Source: a virus
Strand: one strand, 5' to 3'
IMG/VR virus record: IMGVR_UViG_3300018080_000121
Span: 57,293-121,292 of that record
DNA: 64,000 nt
Below are positions 1 to 8,899 of the stretch, in pieces. The first letter of the stretch is position 1, and every line of letters begins with the position of its first letter. The notes beneath the pieces are model-generated. The model did not search any database. It saw only the letters and a list, made by a program, of their open reading frames with translations, and was not told the origin of the DNA. The position numbers and the translations under genes are program-made.

Positions 1-16
1 TCAAGGAGACGTATGG

Positions 17-430
17 ATGGATATGGAAAAAGAAATAGCAAATAAAATCATGCTACTTGGTAAGTGGAGCAATCCGAAACCAGGAACCGGAGCTTCTGTT
101 ATGTATCGTGCAGCTTGTGATTGTACCGATCCTGATTGTGATATCACAATAGATATGGAATATGACCCAGATTTTGGTATGATAGATCTCATGTTTTATA
201 AAGATGTTCATACGTTTGACGAAGTATGGGACCCAGAAACTGGAGCAGATCATATTCGCAATATCATAGGACGAATCAAGAAAGCACTAAAATTGATCTT
301 TACTGGGCGATTAAAAATGGAAGAGTCGTTCCATATCCAAGGTGAAGACCAAATTGATGGATGGATAGAAGCTCTACGAAAGGGGAAGGAGTTCATATTA
401 GAGGACTTAAGAAAGATGCAAGAGGAGTAG
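17..430 (+). CDS. hypothetical protein
   Basis: 137-aa ORF with GGAG RBS; no recognisable motif. Confidence 0.6.
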   Translation: MDMEKEIANKIMLLGKWSNPKPGTGASVMYRAACDCTDPDCDITIDMEYDPDFGMIDLMFYKDVHTFDEVWDPETGADHIRNIIGRIKKALKLIFTGRLKMEESFHIQGEDQIDGWIEALRKGKEFILEDLRKMQEE

Positions 431-432
431 AT

Positions 433-2223
433 ATGGCACAATATACTGCGAAAGATATAAGAACGCTTAATCCAATGGAGCAGATACGTCTCTCTCCAGG
501 TATGTGGATTGGTCCTACAGAAGATCCACACCACCTAATTGAAGAGGCGTTGGATAATGCTCTGGATGAAGCTCAAGGAGGACACGTGTCAATAATCGCT
601 GTGAATATTGACACAAAGAATAATGTCTGTGCAGTTATAGATAATGGAAGAGGTATTCCAATATCTGACAATACTCCTGTAAAGATTTCTACTGAGTTAT
701 TCTCAGGAGCAAAATTCCAGGACAAAAAGACTGCATATGAAATAGCGAGTGGTCTTCATGGTGTTGGTCTTGTTGCTGTGAATGCTTTGAGTACAGATTA
801 CGAAGTAGACATTTACAGGAATGGTAAGCATGGATATTTCCTTTTTAAAGATGGGAAGTTGAAAAAGAAGTACATTAAACCATTCAAAAGTGAAAAACCT
901 TTTTCAACGAAGATTCAATTCAAACCAAACCCAAAAACATTTGAAAGTACAATTCCGGATCTAGATCGAATAAGGAGACGGTTGAGTACAGCATCTGCGG
1001 AGATGGGGAAAAAGATTTCTTTTGTATTACAGGTAGATAACAAGAAAGAGGTATTCAAATTATCTCTAACGGATCACTTTGGACAGCATTGTTTAAATAA
1101 TGGAGAAGAGAATACGGGTATAGCTGGATTGAAATCGTCCATAACACCTGAAGCATTTAATGTTCTCTTGTCATATTCTTTGAATGGTAGTATGACTCCA
1201 AAGGTTTTGTCATCTGTAAATCTTCTTCCGGTCGACTCAGGTGGGACACACGTCAATTGTTTTTACGATATTTTGAGAGAGTTCTTCTCTGCGAAAGCAA
1301 AGAAAGCGGGATATCGTTTCCTTCCAAATGATTGTCTGATTGGTCTGAGAGCATATTTAATGCTCAGTCTAAGAGAACCAAAGTTCTCAAGTCAGACAAA
1401 AGAGAAACTTACCAACAGAAAAACTGACATGGAGAAATTGTCAGCTCAACTCAAAACACAAATCGAAACCTACTTTACAAAACACGGGGACAAATTAGAA
1501 CTGCTACTCCAGCGTTTCGCAGACTATCGAGCGCGACTGGAAGCGAAGAAGATCAAAACCGCACCCAACGGAAAGAGAGTAGCTACGAAATTCACAAAGC
1601 TGAGAGACTGTACGTCAAAAATGGGTGAACTGTTTATAGTAGAAGGAGATTCAGCAGGCGGCGGTTTTGTATCTTGTCGTGATCCAAGGAAGCATGCAAT
1701 CTTACCTTTGAGAGGAAAAATTCCTTCAGCTGCAAGTGCGAAAGACATCTTAAAGAATAAGGAAATTGGAGAACTGATTCAGTCGTTAGGAACGGGTGTT
1801 GGACCTACTTTCAATTTGAAGAATTTGAAGTATAATAAGATTATATGTGCTACAGATGCTGACGAGGATGGGTATCATATTCTCTGTCTTGTTACTCTGG
1901 TTTTAGCAGTTCTAGTCCCCGAAGTCATTAAAGCTGGTAAGTATTATTTCGTCCAGACTCCACTGTGGGCTATAAATGAAAGAAAAACATTTACCCCAAT
2001 CTGGACAGATGAAGAACTTACAAAAGCGAGAGAAGCAAATCGACATCTAACTCGACTCAAAGGGTTGGGTGAATTGAATCCTGACCAATTGAAAGTTGTT
2101 ACGATTGACTCAACAAGAAAACTTGTACCGATTCCATACACAAAGAATCTCGGAAAGATCATAAAACTCTTTTCGGACTCAAGTCAAAAACGAAAACTTC
2201 TAGAAGGAAAATGGAAAGTATAG
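433..2223 (+). CDS. type II DNA topoisomerase, ATPase/TOPRIM subunit (GyrB/ParE; T4 gp39+60-like)
   Basis: GHKL motifs EALDNALDE, DNGRGIP, SGLHGVGLVAVNALS; TOPRIM LFIVEGDSAGG, PLRGK, TDADEDG, RLKGLGE. Start moved to ATG 433 behind GAGGAG. Confidence 0.95.
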   Translation: MAQYTAKDIRTLNPMEQIRLSPGMWIGPTEDPHHLIEEALDNALDEAQGGHVSIIAVNIDTKNNVCAVIDNGRGIPISDNTPVKISTELFSGAKFQDKKTAYEIASGLHGVGLVAVNALSTDYEVDIYRNGKHGYFLFKDGKLKKKYIKPFKSEKPFSTKIQFKPNPKTFESTIPDLDRIRRRLSTASAEMGKKISFVLQVDNKKEVFKLSLTDHFGQHCLNNGEENTGIAGLKSSITPEAFNVLLSYSLNGSMTPKVLSSVNLLPVDSGGTHVNCFYDILREFFSAKAKKAGYRFLPNDCLIGLRAYLMLSLREPKFSSQTKEKLTNRKTDMEKLSAQLKTQIETYFTKHGDKLELLLQRFADYRARLEAKKIKTAPNGKRVATKFTKLRDCTSKMGELFIVEGDSAGGGFVSCRDPRKHAILPLRGKIPSAASAKDILKNKEIGELIQSLGTGVGPTFNLKNLKYNKIICATDADEDGYHILCLVTLVLAVLVPEVIKAGKYYFVQTPLWAINERKTFTPIWTDEELTKAREANRHLTRLKGLGELNPDQLKVVTIDSTRKLVPIPYTKNLGKIIKLFSDSSQKRKLLEGKWKV

Positions 2224-2232
2224 GAGGTGTAA

Positions 2233-2394
2233 ATGTCCCAGAAGAGAAAAAATAGCACCCCAGCTAGGACCCGGTATAATGCTGAGAAGAGATGGGAAGT
2301 CAATAAACTGAAAAAACAAGAGAAGCACAAAAAACGTGTGGAGAAGAAGGCTCAAAGGAAAAAGGACCGTGAAAATACTGAATCCATGTCGTAA
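2233..2394 (+). CDS. small highly basic protein (53 aa, not in ORF track)
   Basis: GGAGG RBS; translates MSQKRKNSTPARTRYNAEKRWEVNKLKKQEKHKKRVEKKAQRKKDRENTESMS. Confidence 0.65.
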   Translation: MSQKRKNSTPARTRYNAEKRWEVNKLKKQEKHKKRVEKKAQRKKDRENTESMS

Positions 2395-2539
2395 TTGTGT
2401 GATCAAAATGTGTTGTACATGTCGGTGTCCTGATCGTCGGGATTACTGGGATACGAGAGAAAATTTTTCTTGGTGGATAGCTCACGCTTGTAAGTGGGTT
2501 GCAACGATTAATATCATTTATATATTCTTTGTAAAATGA
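2369..2539 (+). CDS. small Cys-rich protein, PCxxCVIKMCC family
   Basis: NPCRNCVIKMCCTCRC; probable GTG start at 2369; paralog at 6225. Confidence 0.6.
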   Translation: MKILNPCRNCVIKMCCTCRCPDRRDYWDTRENFSWWIAHACKWVATINIIYIFFVK

Positions 2540-2550
2540 GAGGGAGATAA

Positions 2551-3879
2551 ATGGATCAGTTAATACCGCAGTGGTATAGAAGATATGGCGAGTATGTGAA
2601 CTCATTTAGATCCTTCCCGTTAAAAGACGATGGTTTGAAACCTGTTGAAAGAAGACTTTTAATTACCGCTTATTTAGTTGCTCGTGATAAGCGAGTTAAG
2701 TCAGCTAGTGTGGATGGAACTTGTATTGCGAAATACCATCCACATGGTTCATGTTATGGAACTATTGTACAGTTGGTCAAAAATGGTTTTCTTGAAGGTC
2801 AAGGAAATTTTGGAAATAGCTTGGGAGTAGATCCATCACCTCCAGCAGCTATGAGATACACAGAGTGTAAGCTACCAAAGTCCACCCTTGATATGGCTTT
2901 TAAGTACATTAAACATGTTCCATACATCGAAGGTGAACTCAGTAATGAGGAACCTGCATTTCTACCAACAATGTTTCCATTCTGTCTTATGGGAAGGGAG
3001 TACACTCAAGGAATTGGATTTGGTTTTAGAACCTACGTTCCTTGTTACCGTCTTGAAGATCTTCATAAGAGACTTATGTTTCTTTTGAAGGTCAGAAAGA
3101 CCAAACCAACAATTCGACCCATAACCGATTGTCAAATCCTGTCTCCGGATACTGAGTTGGAAACTTTGCTAACGACCGGTAAAGCTACGATAAAGGTTAA
3201 AGGAGTTATCGTAATAACCAAAACACACTGCAAAGCAAGACTCAAATCTTGGCCACCGGGTAGACGATTCGAGTCCATTCTGGGTAAATTCAAAAAAGAA
3301 CTTGAGAACAACGACATTGGTTTTATCGACCAATCGAATGATGAGGTCGGTACAGCAATAGATTTTACAGTCTTGAAGCAAAGAAATCGAGATAAAATCT
3401 TCAGCTCATTTGTGAAGAAACTCGAAGCCGCTGTAACCGGAACTATTTCATTTGAAGCTATTACGGTTGATAGGAATAGTCATGTGAATCTAACCTCAGT
3501 AGATGAAATGCTCCTTGGGACATATGTAAATTTCAAGGAAGTAAATGAAGCCATGCTGAAATATGAAATTCAAAAGAATAACTCCATGATTAAAGAGTTG
3601 CAAGATTTGGAGAAAATTAGAGCTCCATTATCTGCAATTCTAAAACAGACACCTGGTAGACTTACAAAGAAATTACTTGAAAAGTCTATTAAGTTTATCT
3701 CTGATAAGTCTGGAGTTCCCGTAAAGACAGTTAAGGAGTTGATAGCAAAATATCATATTCAAAAACTCTTAACAGTTGATACGGATACAGGTGAATTAAG
3801 ACAAAAAGGAAAGGAACTAACGAGTTCCTTAAAGAATATTGACCAGTTTGTACTGAGTCAATATGACGCGGTAAAATAG
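2551..3879 (+). CDS. type II DNA topoisomerase, breakage-reunion subunit (GyrA/ParC; T4 gp52-like, no CTD)
   Basis: DGLKPVERR, YHPHG, GQGNFG, catalytic AAMRYTE, PTMFP; 442 aa. Confidence 0.95.
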   Translation: MDQLIPQWYRRYGEYVNSFRSFPLKDDGLKPVERRLLITAYLVARDKRVKSASVDGTCIAKYHPHGSCYGTIVQLVKNGFLEGQGNFGNSLGVDPSPPAAMRYTECKLPKSTLDMAFKYIKHVPYIEGELSNEEPAFLPTMFPFCLMGREYTQGIGFGFRTYVPCYRLEDLHKRLMFLLKVRKTKPTIRPITDCQILSPDTELETLLTTGKATIKVKGVIVITKTHCKARLKSWPPGRRFESILGKFKKELENNDIGFIDQSNDEVGTAIDFTVLKQRNRDKIFSSFVKKLEAAVTGTISFEAITVDRNSHVNLTSVDEMLLGTYVNFKEVNEAMLKYEIQKNNSMIKELQDLEKIRAPLSAILKQTPGRLTKKLLEKSIKFISDKSGVPVKTVKELIAKYHIQKLLTVDTDTGELRQKGKELTSSLKNIDQFVLSQYDAVK

Positions 3880-3887
3880 GAGGAGAT

Positions 3888-4481
3888 ATGTATGAGGAAC
3901 TTCAGAAGTGGGTAAATGAAAATGTCCCTGATGATAAACTCATTTGGAAACGAGGACTTGGTGACCAGGTGATGTTTGTCAGGGATAAGATCCCAGCAAT
4001 CTTGGCGAGATCATCCGAAGAGTATCGGGGAATCAAAGAACGAATTATGGTTGTCAGTACTCACCATTCAAAGTCAGTATGTCTTCCAGTGTATCGTCTT
4101 GAATGGTTCGACTATACATTCACGATGCGATACAATTTCTATAATTGGATAGTATCTGTAAGGACACCGTATGGAAAACCATTCTATAACATTGACTGGC
4201 TAGGAATGATTACCTCGGAGGATAAGGATATCAATTCCGTATATTGTGAAGGGTTCTCAAAAGATGATGTCTATGGAGCCTACAAAGATGGAGAGAGAAA
4301 GTTTACAATTTCTCTATACGATAACTATGAACTCTATACATTCTTTAAAGTCATAAAGAATTGGGTAGTAAAGGAGGAAGCTAAACGTGTACAGAATCAG
4401 GCGAATTTATCATGTGACGATGGGTCACAGACTGAGCAAACATCTGGGTCTGTGCCAGAACTTTCACGGGCACAATGTTGA
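3888..4481 (+). CDS. hypothetical protein
   Basis: GGAGGAG RBS, 197 aa. Confidence 0.6.
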   Translation: MYEELQKWVNENVPDDKLIWKRGLGDQVMFVRDKIPAILARSSEEYRGIKERIMVVSTHHSKSVCLPVYRLEWFDYTFTMRYNFYNWIVSVRTPYGKPFYNIDWLGMITSEDKDINSVYCEGFSKDDVYGAYKDGERKFTISLYDNYELYTFFKVIKNWVVKEEAKRVQNQANLSCDDGSQTEQTSGSVPELSRAQC

Positions 4482-4818
4482 ATTTGAAATATCATTGTCA
4501 GCTCCATCATTGAATGATAATGATATGATTATGGACTTTTCAGAATTAAAAGAGATTGGTGAGAACATATTTGAAATGATGGATCACGCCACACTCTTTA
4601 ATCCCACAGATGAAAATCTTAAGTTCTTTCAAGAGCATGGATTCAAGACATTGACATTTCCGACGAAAGCGAATGAGGATCCGACTGCTGAGGTAACATG
4701 TAAGTGGGTGTACAGGATTTTTCGCGCGGGTTTGGACGAGCGAGGTCTTGAAGATGTTACTATTGACTTTGTTCGTATGTGGGAAAACAAGAACTCAATG
4801 GCGGAGTACAGTGAATAA
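4387..4818 (+). CDS. queD: 6-carboxy-5,6,7,8-tetrahydropterin synthase (QueD/PTPS)
   Basis: GHRL...CQNFHGHN, MDFSELK, MDHATL, PTAE, WENKNS; GTG start. Confidence 0.9.
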   Translation: MYRIRRIYHVTMGHRLSKHLGLCQNFHGHNVEFEISLSAPSLNDNDMIMDFSELKEIGENIFEMMDHATLFNPTDENLKFFQEHGFKTLTFPTKANEDPTAEVTCKWVYRIFRAGLDERGLEDVTIDFVRMWENKNSMAEYSE

Positions 4819-6224
4819 TGTTAAAGTTTAAGAGAAGATCAGGGATCATCATTCCACGGGAGTACGAGCAGTATGATTTCTACCAGATGATCCTGAAGCA
4901 TTTAACGAGACGTCAACAAAACTACAACTCACCAGACTTTGTAGTCAACCAATTCTTTTCACAGTCAGATAAGTTTCTGACCATTCCTAGATTCTTCCCA
5001 TTACAAAATTACATAGAGTGCGGGTATGTCGACGCCCAGCATGAAGGACAAGATATTGATATTGAACACAAGATAACTCCAAGAAATGAAACACAAGAAA
5101 AGACAATGGAGTTTATGTGTAACAATGACAATGGGATTATCCAGCTGGGTCCAGGAATGGGAAAGACAGTAATCAGTATTTATATGATTGCGAAAAAGAA
5201 AAAGAAGACTTTTATTCTGGTGCATCGAGATTCTCTCGATAAACAATGGCGCAAACGACTCATCGAGCATTCTTCTCTTAAAGAAAAGGATATTGCTTTA
5301 CTAACAACTGCAAAATTGGAAGAGCATTTGCAATATCCAGTCGTAATTGCTACAACACAAACGTTTACGTCAATACTCAAACGACGTAGAATGGACTTCC
5401 TTATCGAGTTAGATAAAGCAAACATCGGGGTATTTATCGGAGATGAGGTTCATACTACGGTAGGTGCTCCCACATTTAGTCAGTGTTCCATACACATGCC
5501 ATCTAAGGTGACGTTCGGACTTAGCGCCACTCCCTACAGATGGGATGGGAACACTGACATTATCGAGTACCATCTTGGAGATGTCTTTGGAATTGATGAC
5601 GATTCTGATACTATGTCTGCGGATGTAACTATTCTACTCTCTGACTATGGTATTGATTCTCCAAGGAGGTACAAATACTTACATTGGGAAGGTCAGTTTC
5701 AGCGCTCGCGATACCTTAACATTATGAAAAACTCAACGACCTTTATGACTTTGGTAAAAGCAATGATTAGAAGATTACAAGATCGAAATCTTTTGGTCAT
5801 TTGTGAGCGAGTTAAGAAACTGATCGACCCTTTGTATGATTGGTCGAAACATCCAGATAAGAAGAAATTTATAGCTGGTTCGCCATTATCAAATTTGGAA
5901 AGTCAGTTAACATTCTCAACTCCAGGTAAGATACGAGATGGTATTGATGCTCCATGGAAGGATACATTAATTATTACATCACCTGTTAGAAATATTGAAC
6001 AGTTGAGTGGTCGAGTGATTCGAACAAAACCTGGAAAGAAACAACCAGTTATAATTGATATGGTTGATTATGGGTGTCCAGATATGTCTCGTCAAACTTA
6101 TAGTAGAATTAAATACTACAAAAAGAAAGGATGGAAGATAAGGTACATATTTGTCAATCCTGTTAACATGCAAAAACATGAGATGGAGGAAGACGAAGCT
6201 CTTCGAATCATCAAAGGAGAGTAG
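4818..6224 (+). CDS. superfamily 2 DNA/RNA helicase (UvsW/A18-like)
   Basis: GPGMGKT, DEVH, GLSATPYRWDG, EQLSGRVIR. Confidence 0.9.
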   Translation: MLKFKRRSGIIIPREYEQYDFYQMILKHLTRRQQNYNSPDFVVNQFFSQSDKFLTIPRFFPLQNYIECGYVDAQHEGQDIDIEHKITPRNETQEKTMEFMCNNDNGIIQLGPGMGKTVISIYMIAKKKKKTFILVHRDSLDKQWRKRLIEHSSLKEKDIALLTTAKLEEHLQYPVVIATTQTFTSILKRRRMDFLIELDKANIGVFIGDEVHTTVGAPTFSQCSIHMPSKVTFGLSATPYRWDGNTDIIEYHLGDVFGIDDDSDTMSADVTILLSDYGIDSPRRYKYLHWEGQFQRSRYLNIMKNSTTFMTLVKAMIRRLQDRNLLVICERVKKLIDPLYDWSKHPDKKKFIAGSPLSNLESQLTFSTPGKIRDGIDAPWKDTLIITSPVRNIEQLSGRVIRTKPGKKQPVIIDMVDYGCPDMSRQTYSRIKYYKKKGWKIRYIFVNPVNMQKHEMEEDEALRIIKGE

Positions 6225-6419
6225 ATGCGACGACCCAATCCTTATGGTATTGGTCCAGTTCCAATATTTGATCCATGTGAAAAATGTGTGATTAAAATGT
6301 GTTGCTCATATCTTTGTGAAGAGAAGATCAAATATGAAGGAGCAAAAGTACCACCAATAAAAACTAGAGTATACACGAAAGGAAAAAGAATAAAATGCGT
6401 AAAAAAGCGGATTTCGTAA
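6225..6419 (+). CDS. small Cys-rich protein, PCxxCVIKMCC family
   Basis: DPCEKCVIKMCCSYLC; paralog at 2369. Confidence 0.6.
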   Translation: MRRPNPYGIGPVPIFDPCEKCVIKMCCSYLCEEKIKYEGAKVPPIKTRVYTKGKRIKCVKKRIS

Positions 6420-6730
6420 CCAACAGTAGTTCGACGTCATATATCTTGACGGATAAGGAAGGTAGAATTGATCCACAGGGTAAGATGTTGATCGATTTGA
6501 AGAAGCAAGCGGATCTGACTGTGATTACGACAGAGATCTTGGACGAAATTGAGAAAAATGGATTCTATAAAATTGGTCAGTATTCCAGAATTGAACTGGA
6601 TGAAGGTGAACTTGAAAACGCCAGATTTGTGTTGTCGCACGGCGAGAAGGTTTACTGGATTGATGTATATGACGATCCAGCATGGTTTATTCCCAGTGGA
6701 GTAGTTGCTCAATGTGTAAATGATTATTAG
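6395..6730 (+). CDS. FVTNSSS-tag protein 1
   Basis: N-terminus MRKKADFVTNSSSTSYIL. Confidence 0.75.
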   Translation: MRKKADFVTNSSSTSYILTDKEGRIDPQGKMLIDLKKQADLTVITTEILDEIEKNGFYKIGQYSRIELDEGELENARFVLSHGEKVYWIDVYDDPAWFIPSGVVAQCVNDY

Positions 6731-6738
6731 GAGGGGAA

Positions 6739-7095
6739 ATGAGAAAGAAAGCTGATTTTGTAACGAATAGTTCGTCAACATCTTATATTGTGCATATTCC
6801 AGTTGATTTTACCTTGGATGCACATACAGAAGATATCAAGCAGTCGATTCTTGATTGGGATGGAGAAGTGAATGAAAAACGAATTGAGAAAGTAAAAGAT
6901 CAGCTCCATGAGTTGATGAACTTGAGTGGTCGAATGTATGAGTATGATAATCGCATTGAGATGGTAGCGCTGAGGGATCTATTCCATAAACTAGATTTCA
7001 TAATTGATGGAATTGATGTCGGATCTGATATGGGCGTACTTGTAAATATTAACACACTCAAGGCAAGACAAAAGATCGAAAAGATCGGAGCTTAA
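6739..7095 (+). CDS. FVTNSSS-tag protein 2
   Basis: N-terminus MRKKADFVTNSSSTSYIV; GGAGG RBS. Confidence 0.75.
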   Translation: MRKKADFVTNSSSTSYIVHIPVDFTLDAHTEDIKQSILDWDGEVNEKRIEKVKDQLHELMNLSGRMYEYDNRIEMVALRDLFHKLDFIIDGIDVGSDMGVLVNINTLKARQKIEKIGA

Positions 7096-7096
7096 T

Positions 7097-8101
7097 ATGA
7101 AAGCTATTGTAATAGCGGACATCCATTTGAGTATGTACTCAAATGATCCAGTGGTTGAAGGGATCTCCATGAGACTGTTCTATTTGAATAGTGTCTTGAG
7201 AAGAATCGCAGACTATGCGATTAAACATAAAATTGATATCATCATAATTGCTGGTGATATCTATCACACAAAGAGTTCTATCCATGCGGTTGCTCAGGAC
7301 GTTCTTCTTGAATATGTGAGAGACTATCAGGATCTTCTCTTTTATGTAATTGATGGAAACCATGATATGTCTTCCAAGTCTGGTAAGGGAGTGTCTGGGT
7401 TAAAGTGTTTGGACAATGAACCAAATGTGTATATGATGCACGAGCCAACGATGGTCGAGAACATCTTCTTTGTTCCGTGGAATGCGAAAACGATGGTTGA
7501 GACTGTGAAGAATGGACAAGCTGATTATCTGATATCTCATTTCGGATTAAATGAAGCGATGTTGAATAGCGGAATCTCAATTATTTCTGATCTTGGAATG
7601 AAGGATCTGGCGCATTATAAATGGTGTCTTCTTGGACATTATCACATGCCACAAGAGTTAGGGAATGTGATAATTCCAGGATCAATTATCCAGTTGGATT
7701 GGGGCGAGAAGCATGAGGAGAAACGATTTATAATTCTTGACACAGATAAGCATACGTGGAAGTCTGTTCCTACACAGGGTTATGTTGAACACCATGCACT
7801 TGAACTTACAGATGAAAATAAAGAAGATGTTCTCAAACTCGCGCGTAAGTTGAAAGACAAGGGCCATCAAGTTAAGATTAATCGAATGACAGTCGGTGTA
7901 GATATGGCTGAATTGCAGGATGAGTTTGTGGTAGTTGATAAAGTCGAGAAGGATATCACAAATCGTGGTATTGACTCATCCATGTCAATGTCTGATATCT
8001 TCAAGAGATATATGGAGATTGAAGGAATACCAAAAGAGAAGTGGCCTGCATATGAAGCTATGGCGGTGAAAATTGTGAATACAGCAAGGGAGGGTTTATG
8101 A
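7097..8101 (+). CDS. Mre11/SbcD-like metallophosphoesterase nuclease (T4 gp47-like)
   Basis: IADIH, AGDIYH, GNHD, SHFG, LLGHYH, PGS motifs. Confidence 0.92.
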   Translation: MKAIVIADIHLSMYSNDPVVEGISMRLFYLNSVLRRIADYAIKHKIDIIIIAGDIYHTKSSIHAVAQDVLLEYVRDYQDLLFYVIDGNHDMSSKSGKGVSGLKCLDNEPNVYMMHEPTMVENIFFVPWNAKTMVETVKNGQADYLISHFGLNEAMLNSGISIISDLGMKDLAHYKWCLLGHYHMPQELGNVIIPGSIIQLDWGEKHEEKRFIILDTDKHTWKSVPTQGYVEHHALELTDENKEDVLKLARKLKDKGHQVKINRMTVGVDMAELQDEFVVVDKVEKDITNRGIDSSMSMSDIFKRYMEIEGIPKEKWPAYEAMAVKIVNTAREGL

Positions 8102-8613
8102 AATTCCAAGTAAAATTTGAGGCTCCTGGTGACGGAAGATTGACAGAGGAACCTCCTGGAGAGATTGGAATTGACATGGTGGATATGATTAGAGATGAAC
8201 TCAATCGACCAAATCTTGACGTAGATCTGATTAATGGAGAGATTCAATGTCCAAGATATCGTTCATCTTACTATGTCAATGTTACTGAAGCAACAGCGAG
8301 AACCATCTCATTATTCTCGGGAAGAAACAAGGTAACAGTTAAAGTTCCAGATAGCTATCTGTCAAAATATGAGAACTTTATCTTTCGTGAAACCTTCTAT
8401 GATCCGGTGAATAATGTTCTTGAAATGTTTCGGGTATGGGTATTACGGCGACCAAAAAAATTGACTTGTGTATTTCCCCACTATGAACTAAACGAACAGT
8501 GGTTGATTGAGGATTGGAAGGAAGCTGGATGTCCTCTCAAGTGGGGATTCAATGGGGAAAATGGTTCGAACGCAAAGAAGTTAGCGGAGAAGAAGAATGG
8601 GAAAAAAAGTTGA
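8098..8613 (+). CDS. hypothetical protein
   Basis: 171 aa, coupled to the nuclease stop (ATGA overlap). Confidence 0.6.
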   Translation: MKFQVKFEAPGDGRLTEEPPGEIGIDMVDMIRDELNRPNLDVDLINGEIQCPRYRSSYYVNVTEATARTISLFSGRNKVTVKVPDSYLSKYENFIFRETFYDPVNNVLEMFRVWVLRRPKKLTCVFPHYELNEQWLIEDWKEAGCPLKWGFNGENGSNAKKLAEKKNGKKS

Positions 8614-8899
8614 TCTAGGTGGGACAGAAAAAGGAGCGCCACCTCAAAAACAAAAGATGATCTATTTTGGTATACCCACAACCATTGCGATGATGATGGA
8701 CATATACACATACGAACCTGCAAAGAGATATGTTGACGCAATGAAACAAACTCTACTCAGTTCTGTAAGTCTCAAAGAGTTGAGAAAAGAGATTTGTACA
8801 ATGTTTGGTATGAAGAGTATGAGAAAACTCAAAAAGCAACGAGAGAACCAGGCGAAAATCTTAACTGCGATCTTTGGTGATCGTATATGGGGTGAATGA
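8597..8899 (+). CDS. hypothetical protein
   Basis: 100 aa in the same operon. Confidence 0.55.
   Translation: MGKKVDLGGTEKGAPPQKQKMIYFGIPTTIAMMMDIYTYEPAKRYVDAMKQTLLSSVSLKELRKEICTMFGMKSMRKLKKQRENQAKILTAIFGDRIWGE

Noticed and set aside
361-432. N-terminal extension of the topoisomerase ORF in the ORF track
   Set aside because: It overlaps the upstream gene. The RBS and homology support ATG 433.
433-2223. T4 gene 60-style translational bypass or split
   Set aside because: The ATPase and TOPRIM motifs lie in one uninterrupted frame.
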